NCBI GenBank assembly: GCA_051362555.1
Contig: CM120642.1
Coordinates: 32,984,001-33,048,000 of the forward strand
Source of the DNA: Lingula anatina
Lineage: Eukaryota > Animalia > Brachiopoda
DNA length: 64,000 bases
Direction: 5' to 3'
The notes beneath the pieces are model-generated. The model had not been told where the DNA came from. It saw only the letters and a program-made list of their open reading frames with translations, and did not search any database. The position numbers and the translations under genes were made by a program. Positions 1-12,378 of the stretch are shown piece by piece. Position 1 is the stretch's first letter; the number at the start of each line of letters is the position of its first letter.

Positions 1-2077
1 ACAGCAAAACAAACCTGGGCTTATATCTTCTGCATCTGTTAATTTTCCGTGAGGCCAGTCAACTGGTATGTGTTGCATCCCAGCAGTAACAGCACCATTC
101 GTGACCATTGAAGGGGTACCCGGTGGACTCGGCTGTCTTCCAGGACGCATTTGCACCACTGTCATGGTATCACCCTTCTGTCCTTTCTGTCCAATTGCAC
201 TCATCCCCTTCATTCCTTTAATCCCCTTCATTCCTTTCATGCCCATTTCTCCTGTCGCACCAAAATTCCCTACATTTCCCATCATTCCCTTCTGACCTTT
301 TTGGCCCTTTATGTCACCAGGCGGTCCAACCATACCTTTCAAACCTGTAATATTGATATCCTTAATGTGTCAATACATTATTCACAATAAGTGAAATCCA
401 GCTCATATAATACCAGTTCTCGGCGATTTCATAAAATGTGATTGTTATTAATTGTTCTTTCTAGAAATCCATTTTATGCCAGTTAGACTTAACCAGGTGT
501 ACTAATGGACATCCTGGGAAATTTTAATTTCATCCCAAGGGTGCGTTCATTAATTACCCACGCCCTCTTCCATACTATAATAACTACAATATCTTCTGTA
601 TTTCCCTGTCATCAAGTCGGTTAACTAGGCATAAGGGGTGGTAGTTTGAGTGTGTAAACAATATTAATGTTGAATCTGGAGAATTTTTTGCCTGGGAAAA
701 TATTGACTTCATGCTTCCCTCCCTTAATCAAATTTAGGCAGCTTTAAGGTATGACCGACTCAATAACCATACTCGGGATGAAGTTGAAGAAAAGTTGTGT
801 ATATGACAAAGGTAATGTTCAGTTTGATTTATTTCCTTTGGTCTTACCTTTGGGCCCTTCTGTTCCTGGGGGTCCACCAGTGCTTATTCCTTGTGGACCT
901 CCGGTTCCTTGGGGACCGCCTGTTCCTGTTGGTCCTCCTGCACCTGGTGGCCCTCCAGTTCCAGGTGGTCCTCCAGTTGCCTGTGATCCTCCTGTCCCTG
1001 GTGGTCCTCCTGTCCCAGGTGGCCCTCCAGTTGCCGGTGGTCCTCCTGTCCCTGGTGGCCCTCCAGTTCCAGGTGGCCCTCCAGTTGCCGGTGGTCCTCC
1101 TGTCCCAGGTGGCCCTCCTGTTGCCGGTGGGCCACTTGTCCCTGGTGGCCCCCTTGTGCCTGGTGGTCCACTCGTTGCTGGTGGGCCATTTGTACCTGGT
1201 GGTCCTCCTGTTCCTGTTGGCCCTGCTGTTCCAGGTGGACCTCCTGTTCCCGGTGGCCCCTCTGTTCCTGGTGGCCCCTCTGTTCCCGGTGGTCCCTCTG
1301 TTCCTTGAGGGACACCTGTACCTGGTGGTCCTCCTGTTGCTGGTCGTCCTCCTGTTCCGGGGGGTCCTCCTGTGCCTGGTGGACCACTTGTTCCTGGAGG
1401 TCCCCCTGTTCCTGGTGGCCCCTCTGTTCCCGGTGGTCCCTCTGTTCCTTGAGGGACACCTGTACCTGGTGGTCCTCCTGTTGCTGGTGGTCCTCCTGTT
1501 CCGGGGGGTCCTCCTGTGCCTGGTGGACCACTTGTTCCTGGAGGTCCCCCTGTACCTGGTGGTCCACTTGTGCCTAATGCCCCCTTTGTCCCTGGAGGGC
1601 CATCTGCACCTGTTGGGCCTCTTGATGTTCCTGGCGGGCCTCCTGTTCCTGGTGGTCCTCTTGATGTACCTGGTGGGCCTCCTGTTCCTGGTGGCCCAGC
1701 TGTGCTAGGAGGCCCTCCTGTTCCTTTTGGACCACATGTCCCTGGAGGCCCTCCTGTACCCTGTGAACCTATAGCTGAAAATCATCGTAAAAAGACAGTA
1801 GAGTTGGGCGTTAAATTGATCTACGACTGATAAATTTAATTAACTTATAAAATTAAATATATAAATGGTATAATAACTGCTTTTTTATCTTTTACAAATT
1901 TAATTTTATTTCAATTTAATTACTAAATAGTAAAATTGCTTACATCTGGCCTCTCGTAGCGGTTGGAATAAGACCCGGTCGCAAAGGGAAAAGCCTGTAG
2001 AGTAATAGGAAATACACGTGTAGAATTTATCAAGTTATCAGATACGCTGTCATACGTTATCTCCTCCTGTATAAAAA

Positions 2078-2123
<46 letters not shown>

Positions 2124-2188
2124 TTCTTACCTGATACGTCACGAACCAAAGCACACAGGATTACAATTTTAAGGCAGTGTAGCTGCAT
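1..2188 (-). CDS. Secreted collagen-like Gly/Pro/Thr-rich protein, 4 exons visible (2188-2131, 1994-1944, 1774-848, 344-<1); 3' end runs off the window
   Basis: Exon 1 encodes signal-like [20 protein letters not shown]. All three junctions are GT-AG phase 1 and frame-compatible. The 927-nt exon 3 reads (G/A)TG-GPP repeats; exon 4 reads [30 protein letters not shown], then a non-collagenous tail ending ..PGLFCC at the window edge. Confidence 0.85.
2080..2123. repeat. (GATA)n microsatellite in intron 1 of the collagen-like gene
   Basis: Direct tandem agat units. Confidence 0.95.
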
Positions 2189-3713
2189 CCTTCTTTCTAT
2201 CTGCTCTGAGTCTGATTAATTATGTTTTTAACAAGGAGGTGTGTCTTTCAGCTGTTGGACAAAAGAAGAGTTCAATATATTTAGCTCAAACATAGAAAAC
2301 AAAGCAGTATCAAAGCCAAAGAGTATTGGAAAGGAAGTTTGAAATGATGACCACTTACCCTATTTGGGCGCGCGTTTATCCGTTTGTTTTTACACGTTTA
2401 AATACCTTTATCTTTAAAACTTATATGAAGCTCAGTTAAAATTGGATTTATTTGTAAAATAAATAATTGGCATTTAATTACAATATAAGACAAAGGTGTT
2501 AAAATATCAATTCAAGCGCATTTAATTACATACTGGGTATATACAAATATATACACTTTGTCATTTACTTTACCGTTTTTCAGAGCCACTTCTGTGCGTC
2601 TCTTCTGTTTGGTGGTGTGGTATATTCCCTCTGTCTGAATAATGACGTCCGTAGTTTGACTGTTTCACTTTTATACATTTATGTCACATGGTCGTATATT
2701 CAAATATAACCTTTTGTCATATGTTGCTCATCCCTCATCACATACATATGCCGTGGGCAGTATTGTGTATAGAGTGCACGAAAATTTTGCCCCACTTTAC
2801 ATGTCATTTTTATTGATATTTATTTTGATTGATTTTTCTTTTGTTATTTATTTTGATTGTGTATTTGTCTAAAGTTTTCAAATATGTGCATGATACATCG
2901 TTATCTCAGGGGGTTTTTGCATTTGAAGAATGTGCAGGTTACTTTCTCGTCAAAACCTGCAATCCAATGAAACATTAAAATCAGTATGGACAGAGATCAA
3001 ATAGATAGTTAAACAGAACAGATTAGAAAAAGTTCAAATAATGATTTACTTTGTAAGTTTCTGATTAAAGTGAACCTGAGTAATATTGCAATCATGTTGC
3101 GGAGATTTTAAACTTTTCACTTAAAACCTATACAAACTGAAAGTGGAAAGCGGTTTAATAGACACGGTTACTTACTTGTCACAGACTTACTTGAAACATA
3201 TTTAATATTTTTTGCATTACTCCCTGTAGAGAGAGACATTTCACAAAAATGTGTGTCACACTGAAGAAATATGAGACAGTGTGTAATGAACAGTTTAGTG
3301 ATCACTATTTAACTGTTCCAGATGAGGAAACCTTTGTGCCAATCCCACCCCCTCACCCCGATTCTTTTTAAGCGATGGTTCTCGGCCCTGGATGTAAATA
3401 CCCCTCTTCATCTTTCGATTGAACCTCAGGGGGTAACGATCCAAGATCTCCACACTGCCCCAACTGATTGAATGATCGGGCGCATCAGTGGAAGTGAAAA
3501 GTTTTAAATTTTCTCAACACGGCTTAAGTTTATTTCAATGTATTCAAATTGTTAATTTATTAATAATCACAAGTTACTTTCTCGTCCATACCTGCAATCC
3601 AACACTTATTTAAAACTAATTATATAGGTTTTGCTTTACTCTCTGTAGAAAGAGACAATTCACGAAAATCTGTGTGTAAGTACTCCTACAGTATATACAT
3701 TATTTTATATGTT

Positions 3714-4225
3714 CTATATGCAGAACAGGAGTAGTAACACGTTAATGTTCGTGCCAAAAGAGACCGAGAACGAGAAAGGTTGAAAAAATGTCCCACAGCA
3801 AAACAAACCTTGGCTTTTATTTCCTGCATCTGTTAGTTTCTCGTGAGAGCAGTCAGTCGGTGCGTGTTGCATCGTAGCAGTAACAGCAGCATTCGTGACC
3901 ACTGAAAGGGTACCCGGTGGACTCGGCTGTCTTCCAGGACGCATTTGAACCATAATCATAGTATCACCCTTCTGTCATTTCTGTCCAATGTCACTCATCC
4001 CATTCATTCCTTTTGTTCCCTTCATTATCAGCGGCAAAAAAAAAAAAACGCCAGCAGAGGGATAAAAAATATACGTACGAGATTCCTTAAGTTATCAGAT
4101 AAGCTGTCATACGTTATCCCATCTGTATAAAAACAGATAGATTGATGGACACTAGTTTTCTTACATGTGAATATGTCACGTATCAAAGCACATAGGATCA
4201 CAATTTTAAACCAGTGTAGCTGCTT
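3714..4225 (-). pseudogene. Disabled tandem copy of the collagen-like gene, missing most of the repeat domain
   Basis: 3795-4026 matches 1-231 and 4030-4990 matches about 1975-2930. ATG has become AAG at 4223-4225, the exon-2 acceptor CAG has become CTG, and about 1.75 kb is missing between exon 2 and exon 4. The 3714..3959 ORF is the retained C-terminal tail. Confidence 0.8.
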
Positions 4226-5606
4226 CCTGCTTTCTATCTGCTCCGTCTGTTAAATTATAAGTTTATTAACATAGAGGTGCCTCTTTCAGCAGTAAGACAA
4301 AAGAGGACTGCTACATATTTAGCACAAACATGCAAAACAAAACACGTGCCAAGGCCAAAAAGTATTGAAAGGGGAGTTTGAGATGGTAATCTCTTACCCA
4401 TTTTAGCACACGATTATCCGTTTGTTTTTATACATTTAAGTGTAATTATTTTCCACAACATAGACCCTTTAACATCTAGACTTATATGAAGCTCCCATAT
4501 CACTTAAAATTGAATTTAATGGTAAAATAAATAATTTGAAAATGGTTAATTTTGAATTGAAGAAAGATAAAGATATAAGACACTGGTGTTAAAATGTCAA
4601 TTCAAGTGCATTTAATTACATACTAGGTATACGCACATATATATACAGTTTGTCATTTACTATACCATGTCTTAGAGCGACTTTTGTGCGTTTCTACTAA
4701 TGACATCTCTAGTTTATCTGTTTCACTTTTATGCATTTATGACACATGACCTTATATTTGTAAATTTTAATATAACTTTTCGTCATATGTTGCTCATCCC
4801 TCATCACGTACATATGCCGGGGGCAGAATTGTGTATAGAGTACACGAAAATTTTGCTACATTTTGCATTTCATCTGTATTGATACTTATTTTGATTGATT
4901 TTCTATTGTTATTTATTTTGATTGTGTATTTGTCTGATGTTTTCAAATATGTACATGTTACATCGTTATCTCAGTGATTTCATTTGAAGAATATTTCACA
5001 AGCCTGGTGTGTCAGTCCTTTCGTCAACCCTGTATCATGCAAATGCGTTTTATATGCCTAGGTGTGTCGTAAAACGCTTTGAATAAAATAATAACAGCGA
5101 ACAACGGGAAACTATGCACAAGAGGAACATATTAAAACTGAATGCGCGGAATGAGTTAACAATCCTGCTTAATTATGTTGTAGGTTGGACCAGTGACATA
5201 AGAGAGGTGCAACAAAGAAAGAAAACAAAAAAAAATCAATCCTCCATCATGCATGATGTTTTGCCTCAACGCTGTGACGGTGGACCTGGCCCTATCTCAT
5301 GTTATCATGGTCAACGGATTTGCACTCAAAACCCGAGGCCAATGGACTGATAATACTTATTCCAGGCCAATGTGATCAGTGGACCTATATTATGTATACA
5401 TCTATTGGTCATCTGGTGACAATAAGATAGTCACAGATATGTCTTTGTCTAGTTACATGTATGTACACTTATTTTGTACTGTGACCCTGTAACTTTTTGC
5501 CAGATGGAAGCAATTATTTTTGCTTGCATTCAAGGCATTTGTCTTCGCGCAACCGAAACTACAAATAAGATGGAAAGAGATGTTTAGCAGTCCGTTTTAA
5601 CTAAAG

Positions 5607-5847
5607 CAGTGGCGGATTTAGAGGGGGGGCAGGGGGGTCCTGACCTCCCCCCCCCCCCATCGATTTCTGGTCCCCTCTTGAAATTAGAATTTTGACATGC
5701 TGAATTACAGTTCTTAACCGTACCAAATGGCACCGTTCGCCCTCTAAAATACCAAAAAATTTTAACCCCACGCCAAGTAGGGGTGGGGGCATCACATCTG
5801 CGGACCACCCCTCCCCTCCCCTTCAAATAATCCTGGATCCGCCCCTG
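5607..5847. mobile_element. MITE family A (CAGGGGCGGATCCAG / CAGTGGCGGATTTAG termini), 5-bp TSD TAAAG
   Basis: Imperfect TIRs; taaag on both flanks; homologous copies at 22389-22672 and 25304-25763. Confidence 0.85.
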
Positions 5848-7358
5848 TAAAGTGTGTTCAAACCCGTTATATTCGGCGTCAAGGTATTTTAGCGCCGTCC
5901 TCAGACTGTCCTTTACATTGTAGTTTAGTTGGGAATCGGGTTTTATTATCAACACGTCTGAATCGTAACCAAAGGCTCTGCTAAAAATAATGAAATCGTA
6001 CGCATCCGATGAAAGCTAATCCGAATTTTGCACGCCCACGTTTCCACGGCTGTCAATTTACCTCTCTGGATACGCTAATTGTTTTGTCCAACCTACCACA
6101 ATTGCGATGGCAGTTTGGGAAGCCTACACTCGACTTTCACCTTGATTGGTTAATCAGAGACAAATTTTATCCTTAAAATGAGGTATATAGAAAATTGAAT
6201 TCCAATTATAAATTTTTCTAAGGTTTTTGAGTATTTTCATATATGTAAATGTTGATTTTGAAAGCTAACAAAACAGTGTCAAAACATAAGTATATTTTTT
6301 ATAATTTTGAATGCAAATTTAGTAATGAGCCAACACAACTTCAACCGTATTGGAATGCCATTGTAAACCGTCCCGTGCGTATAGAATAGTTATTTTTAGA
6401 GTCCCTTCTAAAAGAACATTAAATGATATATTCAGTGCATTGCAATATCATCTACATCCAAAACTGAGGCAAATGAATGAGAACGTTTTGGAAACTCAGC
6501 TGTGAAACACCTTTTTGGGGGGAAGTGATCGTACAGAAGCTATCTGGATACGCCTCTTGCAGAACATAAAACAAAATCACGAATAAATATTGAGAAGAGA
6601 ATTTTAAAAACTTTTAGTACTGAATGTAGATTTTAAACATTCGATACATTTAGTTTGTGCTTCTGCTGATTGAAAACTTGGGAAATTACCTTTTATCAAT
6701 TTAGAATAGCGATGCAAGAGTTTTAAATGATACTTAGCAGTCAAGATGTGAATGTAAATAAGCATTGTTTCGTGTTTAAATATTTAATCGGGTTAATTAT
6801 TTTTTTATAACATCTACTTGTATGTCAATTGATTAAGCGAAAAAGCTGTCAAGAAGGCTGCAAGTTTTAACTAAAAAGGTTTTTCCCCTTTGAAAAATTC
6901 TTTTTTTCAGACATGAGATCTTCTGAAATATTTAATTTCTATTTTATTTTGATTTATCATAGCCAAGAATGAGGGTCTCTAAAAATCAAAGATTTTGCAA
7001 GAATTAATTTTGCTATTATCACAGCTGAAGTACAAACATATAGAAAAATACAGTGCGTTCTTACAATTAAATATTTTATTGAACCGTAAAGATACGACCC
7101 TGTCTCGTGCCATTTGGTCACAATTATTACCTCCCGGACGCGCGGATATCAATATCCGTGAGATTGTCAAATATTACTATGTTCACAGTTAACACTCAAC
7201 ACAAAACGAAAACAACAAAAATACAAACACAGTTTTGTAAATGTTTTCCAAAATAGTTCCCCAAGTTGAATGTTTCCACTGAGTTAAATTAATGACTTCT
7301 TTATTACATGTCCAGCCACATGAAATTGATGATTGTCACAAACGTAATCTGAAAACCG

Positions 7359-8483
7359 TTAATCATTAAAAAACTGTCTTTTGTCCACACATTGCCCCGA
7401 CCACTCCCCTTGTTTGGCCCTGAACCTGCTTTTCTTGCAATAGGGGTACCTTTTACAGCAGTCGGCCATAGTTCGGCAGGGGTCTGAGCGGAGACAGGGG
7501 ATACACATATTCATGGAACATATATTGTATCTCTGGCAGCAGTCCGAGTTCTTGGAACATTTTTGTCTGTAACACCAGGTGTTCGGATAAAACAGGTAGG
7601 GCTGGAGTCTGGAAGAAATGGAAATTGTAATAAGATTGATTTTGTGATTTAACAGATTTGTTATAAATCTGTGGTGGAATATAAAAAAGGCGGTAATAGA
7701 CTGTTAATATGCCTAGCTTGTGATCTGATAGATTTTGTGTAAATCTGTGTTGGAATAAAAAAACGGGGTGGTGATGTTTCAAGTATTGGCACAAAAATGA
7801 TTAATTCAATTTTACTAATGCCGTTTTATGTTGTTTCCCCGGATACGTAAGAAGATGAATCAGAGGTTAACCTGCAGCTGGTCTTTCCTGAAACGGGATC
7901 TCGCCGTGAATGTCCATTTTAAATGATATTTTTCACTGTCAGTATATTCGAATTCGGTATACACACCGATGTATAATTACCCCAAGGGGCGGTCAGTTTT
8001 ACGGTAGGAATGATAAACTGAGTCAAAGAAAACAAAACATCAAAGAAAGCAGAAAATGAAAAAATCAAAGTCAACGAAAGAAGATAACAGGTGTGTTATG
8101 CAGATGTTACTAAACCCAACCAGGTTATATAGAAATCAAGTATGGAAACTGCCAAGATTTTAGGATATTTTTCGACGCGATCATTATGATCCTGTATCCT
8201 CATAGCCTAAAATGTCTAGTTATTACAATTTTACATTTATAACTCACACCAATTATTGAAATTGTGTTAATGTTAAAGGAAATCTAATATTTCTACATAG
8301 GAAATATCAACGCATACATGCACCTACCTTTGAATGCTGTTCTCTGGGGTAGCGTCTTGAGGCTTCTTGCGCGGAGAAGAAACTAACCCCCTGTAGCTGG
8401 CGGAGTCATCTCCAGGGACGGAATCACCTGTCGCCTCAACGGCGTCGTAATTATCAAACCCAGCCGCCTCCCTGCAACCGGAA
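7359..8483 (-). CDS. Last two exons (8483-8328, 7608-7359) of a precursor for a tandem double inhibitor-cystine-knot-like peptide (12 Cys); 5' exons uncertain
   Basis: Phase-2 GT-AG junction. Translation ..SGCREAAGFDNYDAVEATGDSVPGDDSASYRGLVSSPRKKPQDATPENSIQR/LQPYLFYPNTWCYRQKCSKNSDCCQRYNICSMNMCIPCLRSDPCRTMADCCKRYPYCKKSRFRAKQGEWSGQCVDKRQFFND* contains two C-C-CC-C-C frameworks. Confidence 0.8.
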
Positions 8484-8630
8484 CTGAAATAATAGATGGA
8501 TAAGTCAGTGTATCAAATAATGTTTGATATTTAAAACGATTCATGCAGTCATTGCTGTCTACATTTTGAAATTATCCCCTGTCAAGATAAATACAGAGGG
8601 GTGAAAAAATATTGCATCATATTGCTTTAA

Positions 8631-10451
8631 GGTAGATCGGTCGTTACATGTTCCAACGTTCGAATTTTTTAAATTTTTTTTTTGTTTGAAGAGACACCCA
8701 AGTACATTAAAAATTTGCAAAAAAAATTGGGGGTCACCGACCAAATAAGAGAACTAGCCCCAAATATGATACACCCTGCATATCGCACTAGTCCCCATTC
8801 AAATCAATGGGAAAATGGGTGTTTTCTCATTAAAGCATTATTTTTTATGACTTTCTGACGTTCGAATTTTAAAAAAATTTTTTTTGTGTAAAGAGGCCTC
8901 CAAGTACATTTAAATTTTACCAAAAAAATTGGGGGTCACCGACCAAATAAGAGAACTACGCCAAGTTGAAGTGCGCTACACCCTGCGTGACGCACTAGTC
9001 CCCATTCAAATCAATGGGGAAATGGGTGTTTTCTCACTAAAGCATTATTTTTTATGACTTTCTGACGATCGAATTTTTTAAAAAATTTTTTTTTGTGTAA
9101 AGAGGCCTCCAAGTACATTTAAATTTTACCAAAAAAGTTGGGGGTCACCGACCAAATAAGAGAACTACGCCAAGTTGAAGTGCGCTACACCCTGCGTGAC
9201 GCACTAGTCCCCATTCAAATCAATGGGGAAATGGGTGTTTTTCACCAAAACGTTATTTTTTATGATTTTTCTAACGTTTGAATTTAAAAAAAAACTTTTT
9301 TGTGTAAAGAGGCATCCAAGTAGATTTTAATTTTGCAAAAAAAATATGGGGGTCACCGACCAAATAAGAGAACTACGCCAAGTTGAAGTGCGTTACACCC
9401 TGCGTGACGCACTATAGTCGGAAGTCCCCATTCAAATCAATGGGAAAATGGGTGTTTTTCACTAAATCGTTATTTTTTATGTTTTTTTTTTTTTTTTAGT
9501 GTGTGTGTGTGAAGAGACATCTAAGTACATTTAAAACTTTCGTTATGTTTAACAGTTGAAGTGAGTATACTCAGCTATTTTCAGATTTGTCAAACTGATG
9601 AGAAGGTGTAAGCCATTAACTTTACATTGTACAACAAAATTATTGAAGAGAATAATAAGGGAAATACTCATGCATATGAAAATAGTTTATTGCCGTTGTT
9701 ATTTATTAATGAATATAACATGAACGTGACATCGTAAACACTGTGTTGTCAAGTAAAATGAAGCGTCTGATACAAAGTATCAAATGCGGCATTCACGTGC
9801 TTGCTTGCGGTGCGTTCAGTACACTTTGTTTACACTGACAAGTGAAGGTCAGAAGTGCACAATTTTTCTGTATAATATAACGCAGTTTCAATTTTGATAA
9901 GTGAATTTTCTTCAAGCTGTAGATCCTATGGTCATTTTCTGAACATTTGTATAAGCTACGAAATATTTCTCAGTCCAAATTTCTCTAAGTCCAAATGAGT
10001 GGCGTTACGACGCACTTCCGGTTTTCGTCGAAATCTAAACTACAGCAGCACATTCAGGGCGTTCTACCTCAAAATGTACGCAGCCGCTTTGATTGGAATT
10101 TACAACACTTATTCTTTACATGACATAGCACCTACGTGCATAATTTGTGAGCTTTAGCTGTCATACATTTTCTAGTGCCAATTCAAATTGGAAAAGGAGC
10201 TATTCCGACGATTTCTTGAAGGGCAAGTCTATGAACGTGCTACAGTTGTCGTATGGAATCATAGTCGACAAACGTTGTCGAAAATCTGTATCGATCATAC
10301 AGAGTTACAGACAAGTTGATAATGTGTGTTTATCTTATAGATAATTGTTTTATTTCCTTAAATTAATAAAACAGACTGAAGTGTCGTTACAGACGATTGA
10401 CGATGCGCTGAAATTGCGCAAATCGTCAAATTACGTAACGACCGATCTACC
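8631..10451. mobile_element. Non-autonomous Kolobok-like DNA transposon with internal tandem repeats
   Basis: Perfect 17-bp TIR GGTAGATCGGTCGTTAC, TTAA on both flanks and a 5'-GG terminus, which fits the Kolobok pattern. No transposase ORF seen. Confidence 0.8.
8655..9535. repeat. About 4 tandem copies of a ~205-bp unit inside the Kolobok-like element
   Basis: ggggtcaccgaccaaataagagaact recurs at about 8730, 8932, 9140 and 9349. Confidence 0.9.
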
Positions 10452-10627
10452 TTAAGGTGAACAACAGCAGCATTTGTTAGGGTTTTCCATTCGTATTTTA
10501 TCGAAAACAGGTTATATCAAGTTAGTATCTTTACTAAATTAACGTACATCTAATGCTTTATTGGAGGTTAGTCGTTTCTGTGTTCATTTTTAATATTTCC
10601 AGATCTAGAGCGGAAGTAATGCTGGCC

Positions 10628-10757
10628 CAGTAGGGCGTCTACGGGGGGGGGGGGCAACGGGGTCACTTGACCCCCCCTGGAATTTTAGAACTGGAACATT
10701 TTTATTGCGGGTACCTAACCAATCATTTTCTCCCCCTTCAGTGACTTTGACACCCCC

Positions 10758-10788
<31 letters not shown>

Positions 10789-10832
10789 CCACCCACCCAC
10801 CCACCCTGGAAAACTTTCTGCGGACGCCCATG
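10628..10832. mobile_element. Probable MITE (GGGCGTC inverted termini, internal G/C runs)
   Basis: tagggcgtctacgg ... gcggacgcccatg inverted ends; TSD unclear. Confidence 0.5.
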
Positions 10833-11918
10833 GCCCTGATGGTGATGTGCACGCATATTGGAGGTCAGCACGATCGCGGGTATGACAATCTCAATCCACA
10901 GTTGAATGATTCATCTTAACCATGGCAATCTATGTATTCAAGGCCTATAGGTAAGAGTGCGGTACAACATCAATTAATAATTTACAAGTTGAAAATAAAA
11001 TTATTTCTGTGTGACTGTCACATTTCATAGTCCCAAATTGAAAGAAATGACACATACAGGCCAATAAAATGAGGTCTTATAGCTGATATTATACGGTGTA
11101 TATCAATGTTTTATGTCACTGCTCGTAAAACATGCCATGATTGAAAAAGTAATGGCGTTTAAGTCTTTATTTCCCACTGCTAACTGGTCTCGCGTGTCCA
11201 CATTATCGTATGTTATGGAACTCGGACGCTATTTATCGGTCCATTTTAACTGAAGAATATGCCTACAGTCTTTCACCCTGAGTTTTGGCGGTTAACTTTT
11301 GTATGTGTACTCGAAAAAAAGTTTTCACGGATCTCTGAATGACAGTCTGCGTGTCTTTAGTGATACTAATACTTTAATGGACTGTATTTATATCAGTTTT
11401 CGTAAGCAACCAGCGCACTGAATAGGACGACATACACGAAATGTTCTTCTAAAGCTGTACCACTGGTATATCCAGAATGAATCTAAAAAGTTTGGCCATG
11501 CAAAATTCATTCAGTTTTATATAATCACAAAACCATCAGTTTCATACTTTCTAATTGCATGACTTCTTTTAATTGCCTCAGAGACTTTTAATCCAATCTT
11601 CTTTCATTTACACGTGTAGGTACTCGACATATCTGTCACGTGCAAGATAGACGCTATAAAGTCAACTTGTCCGAACAATAAAATAGTGGCAATTTGATAA
11701 TCGCTGGGGCAAAATCAATTCAATTAACTAATGCAAAACTAGTGTCGAAGTCTGAAAGGTGATGTTAATTGATTAAAACATGCTCCCAATGATGAAAGGA
11801 CGAACATATAAACAAAAACATCAATCACATTGTCAGAAAAAAGGCGGAATTTCGTATAAGCACACTGAACATAATTATAATTATAAGGTTATGTGCACTG
11901 AAACGCTAGCTAGGTCTA

Positions 11919-12072
11919 TACGGAAGCCGACAGATGTCGTGATGAAAAATTATTATCTCGAAATTTTGACATATCTCGAAATTTCGAGATAATAATGTTT
12001 TGTCCAAATTTCAAAATACTACCTCGAAATTTCGAGATAATATTTTCAGCATGACACCTGTCACATTCCGTA
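11919..12072. mobile_element. Palindromic MITE (TACGGAA termini)
   Basis: Long imperfect inverted repeat tacggaa..tatctcgaaattt / aaatttcgagata..ttccgta, flanked by ggtct on both sides. Confidence 0.65.
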
Positions 12073-12095
12073 GGTCTCAGATATAATAGACTTAC

Positions 12096-12170
12096 ATGTA
12101 CTGAGGTGAAGATTGCCCGTATACATGGAATGGAAGAGACATCAGGAGACAGTTCAATCGAGAGAGAAAG
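12096..12170 (-). CDS. Candidate upstream exon of the double-knottin precursor
   Basis: tttttgcag acceptor and gtaagt donor; 75 nt, open in phase 2-2 (FLSRLNCLLMSLPFHVYGQSSPQY). Frame-compatible only; no transcript evidence. Confidence 0.3.
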
Positions 12171-12242
12171 CTGCAAAAAAGAGAATCCCAGTGCAGTGGT
12201 AATGGAAGCAAACCCTCCTGATAAATTGTGCGTCAATATATC

Positions 12243-12378
12243 GTCCATCAAACACAGAGCGTTATTATAACGTTACTTAAACGTCAATGTAAACAATAAA
12301 CGTTATAATGTTATGATAACGTTATGGTAACGTTATAAAACGTTATGTAACGTTATAAAACGTTCTGTGTCTGTGGGG
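12243..12378. mobile_element. Probable MITE with internal AACGTTA repeats
   Basis: acacagagcgtt / aacgttctgtgt inverted ends and repeated aacgtta motifs. Confidence 0.5.

Noticed and set aside
68-1830. Plus-strand elastin-like (GGPPVP)n and Leu/Val-rich ORFs, and the 884..1567 minus ORF
   Set aside because: Shadow frames of the repetitive minus-strand collagen-like exons; splice sites and the signal peptide support only the GXY frame.
3272-3292. Partial match to a lophotrochozoan miRNA 5' end (tgagacagtgtgt); also a miR-279-like seed near 19390 on the minus strand
   Set aside because: The 3' halves do not match the mature sequences I recall and no convincing precursor hairpin is visible.
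7453-7794. 113-aa minus-strand ORF from the track
   Set aside because: It runs from intron into the exon in the wrong frame; the alternative frame gives the 12-Cys double-knot pattern.
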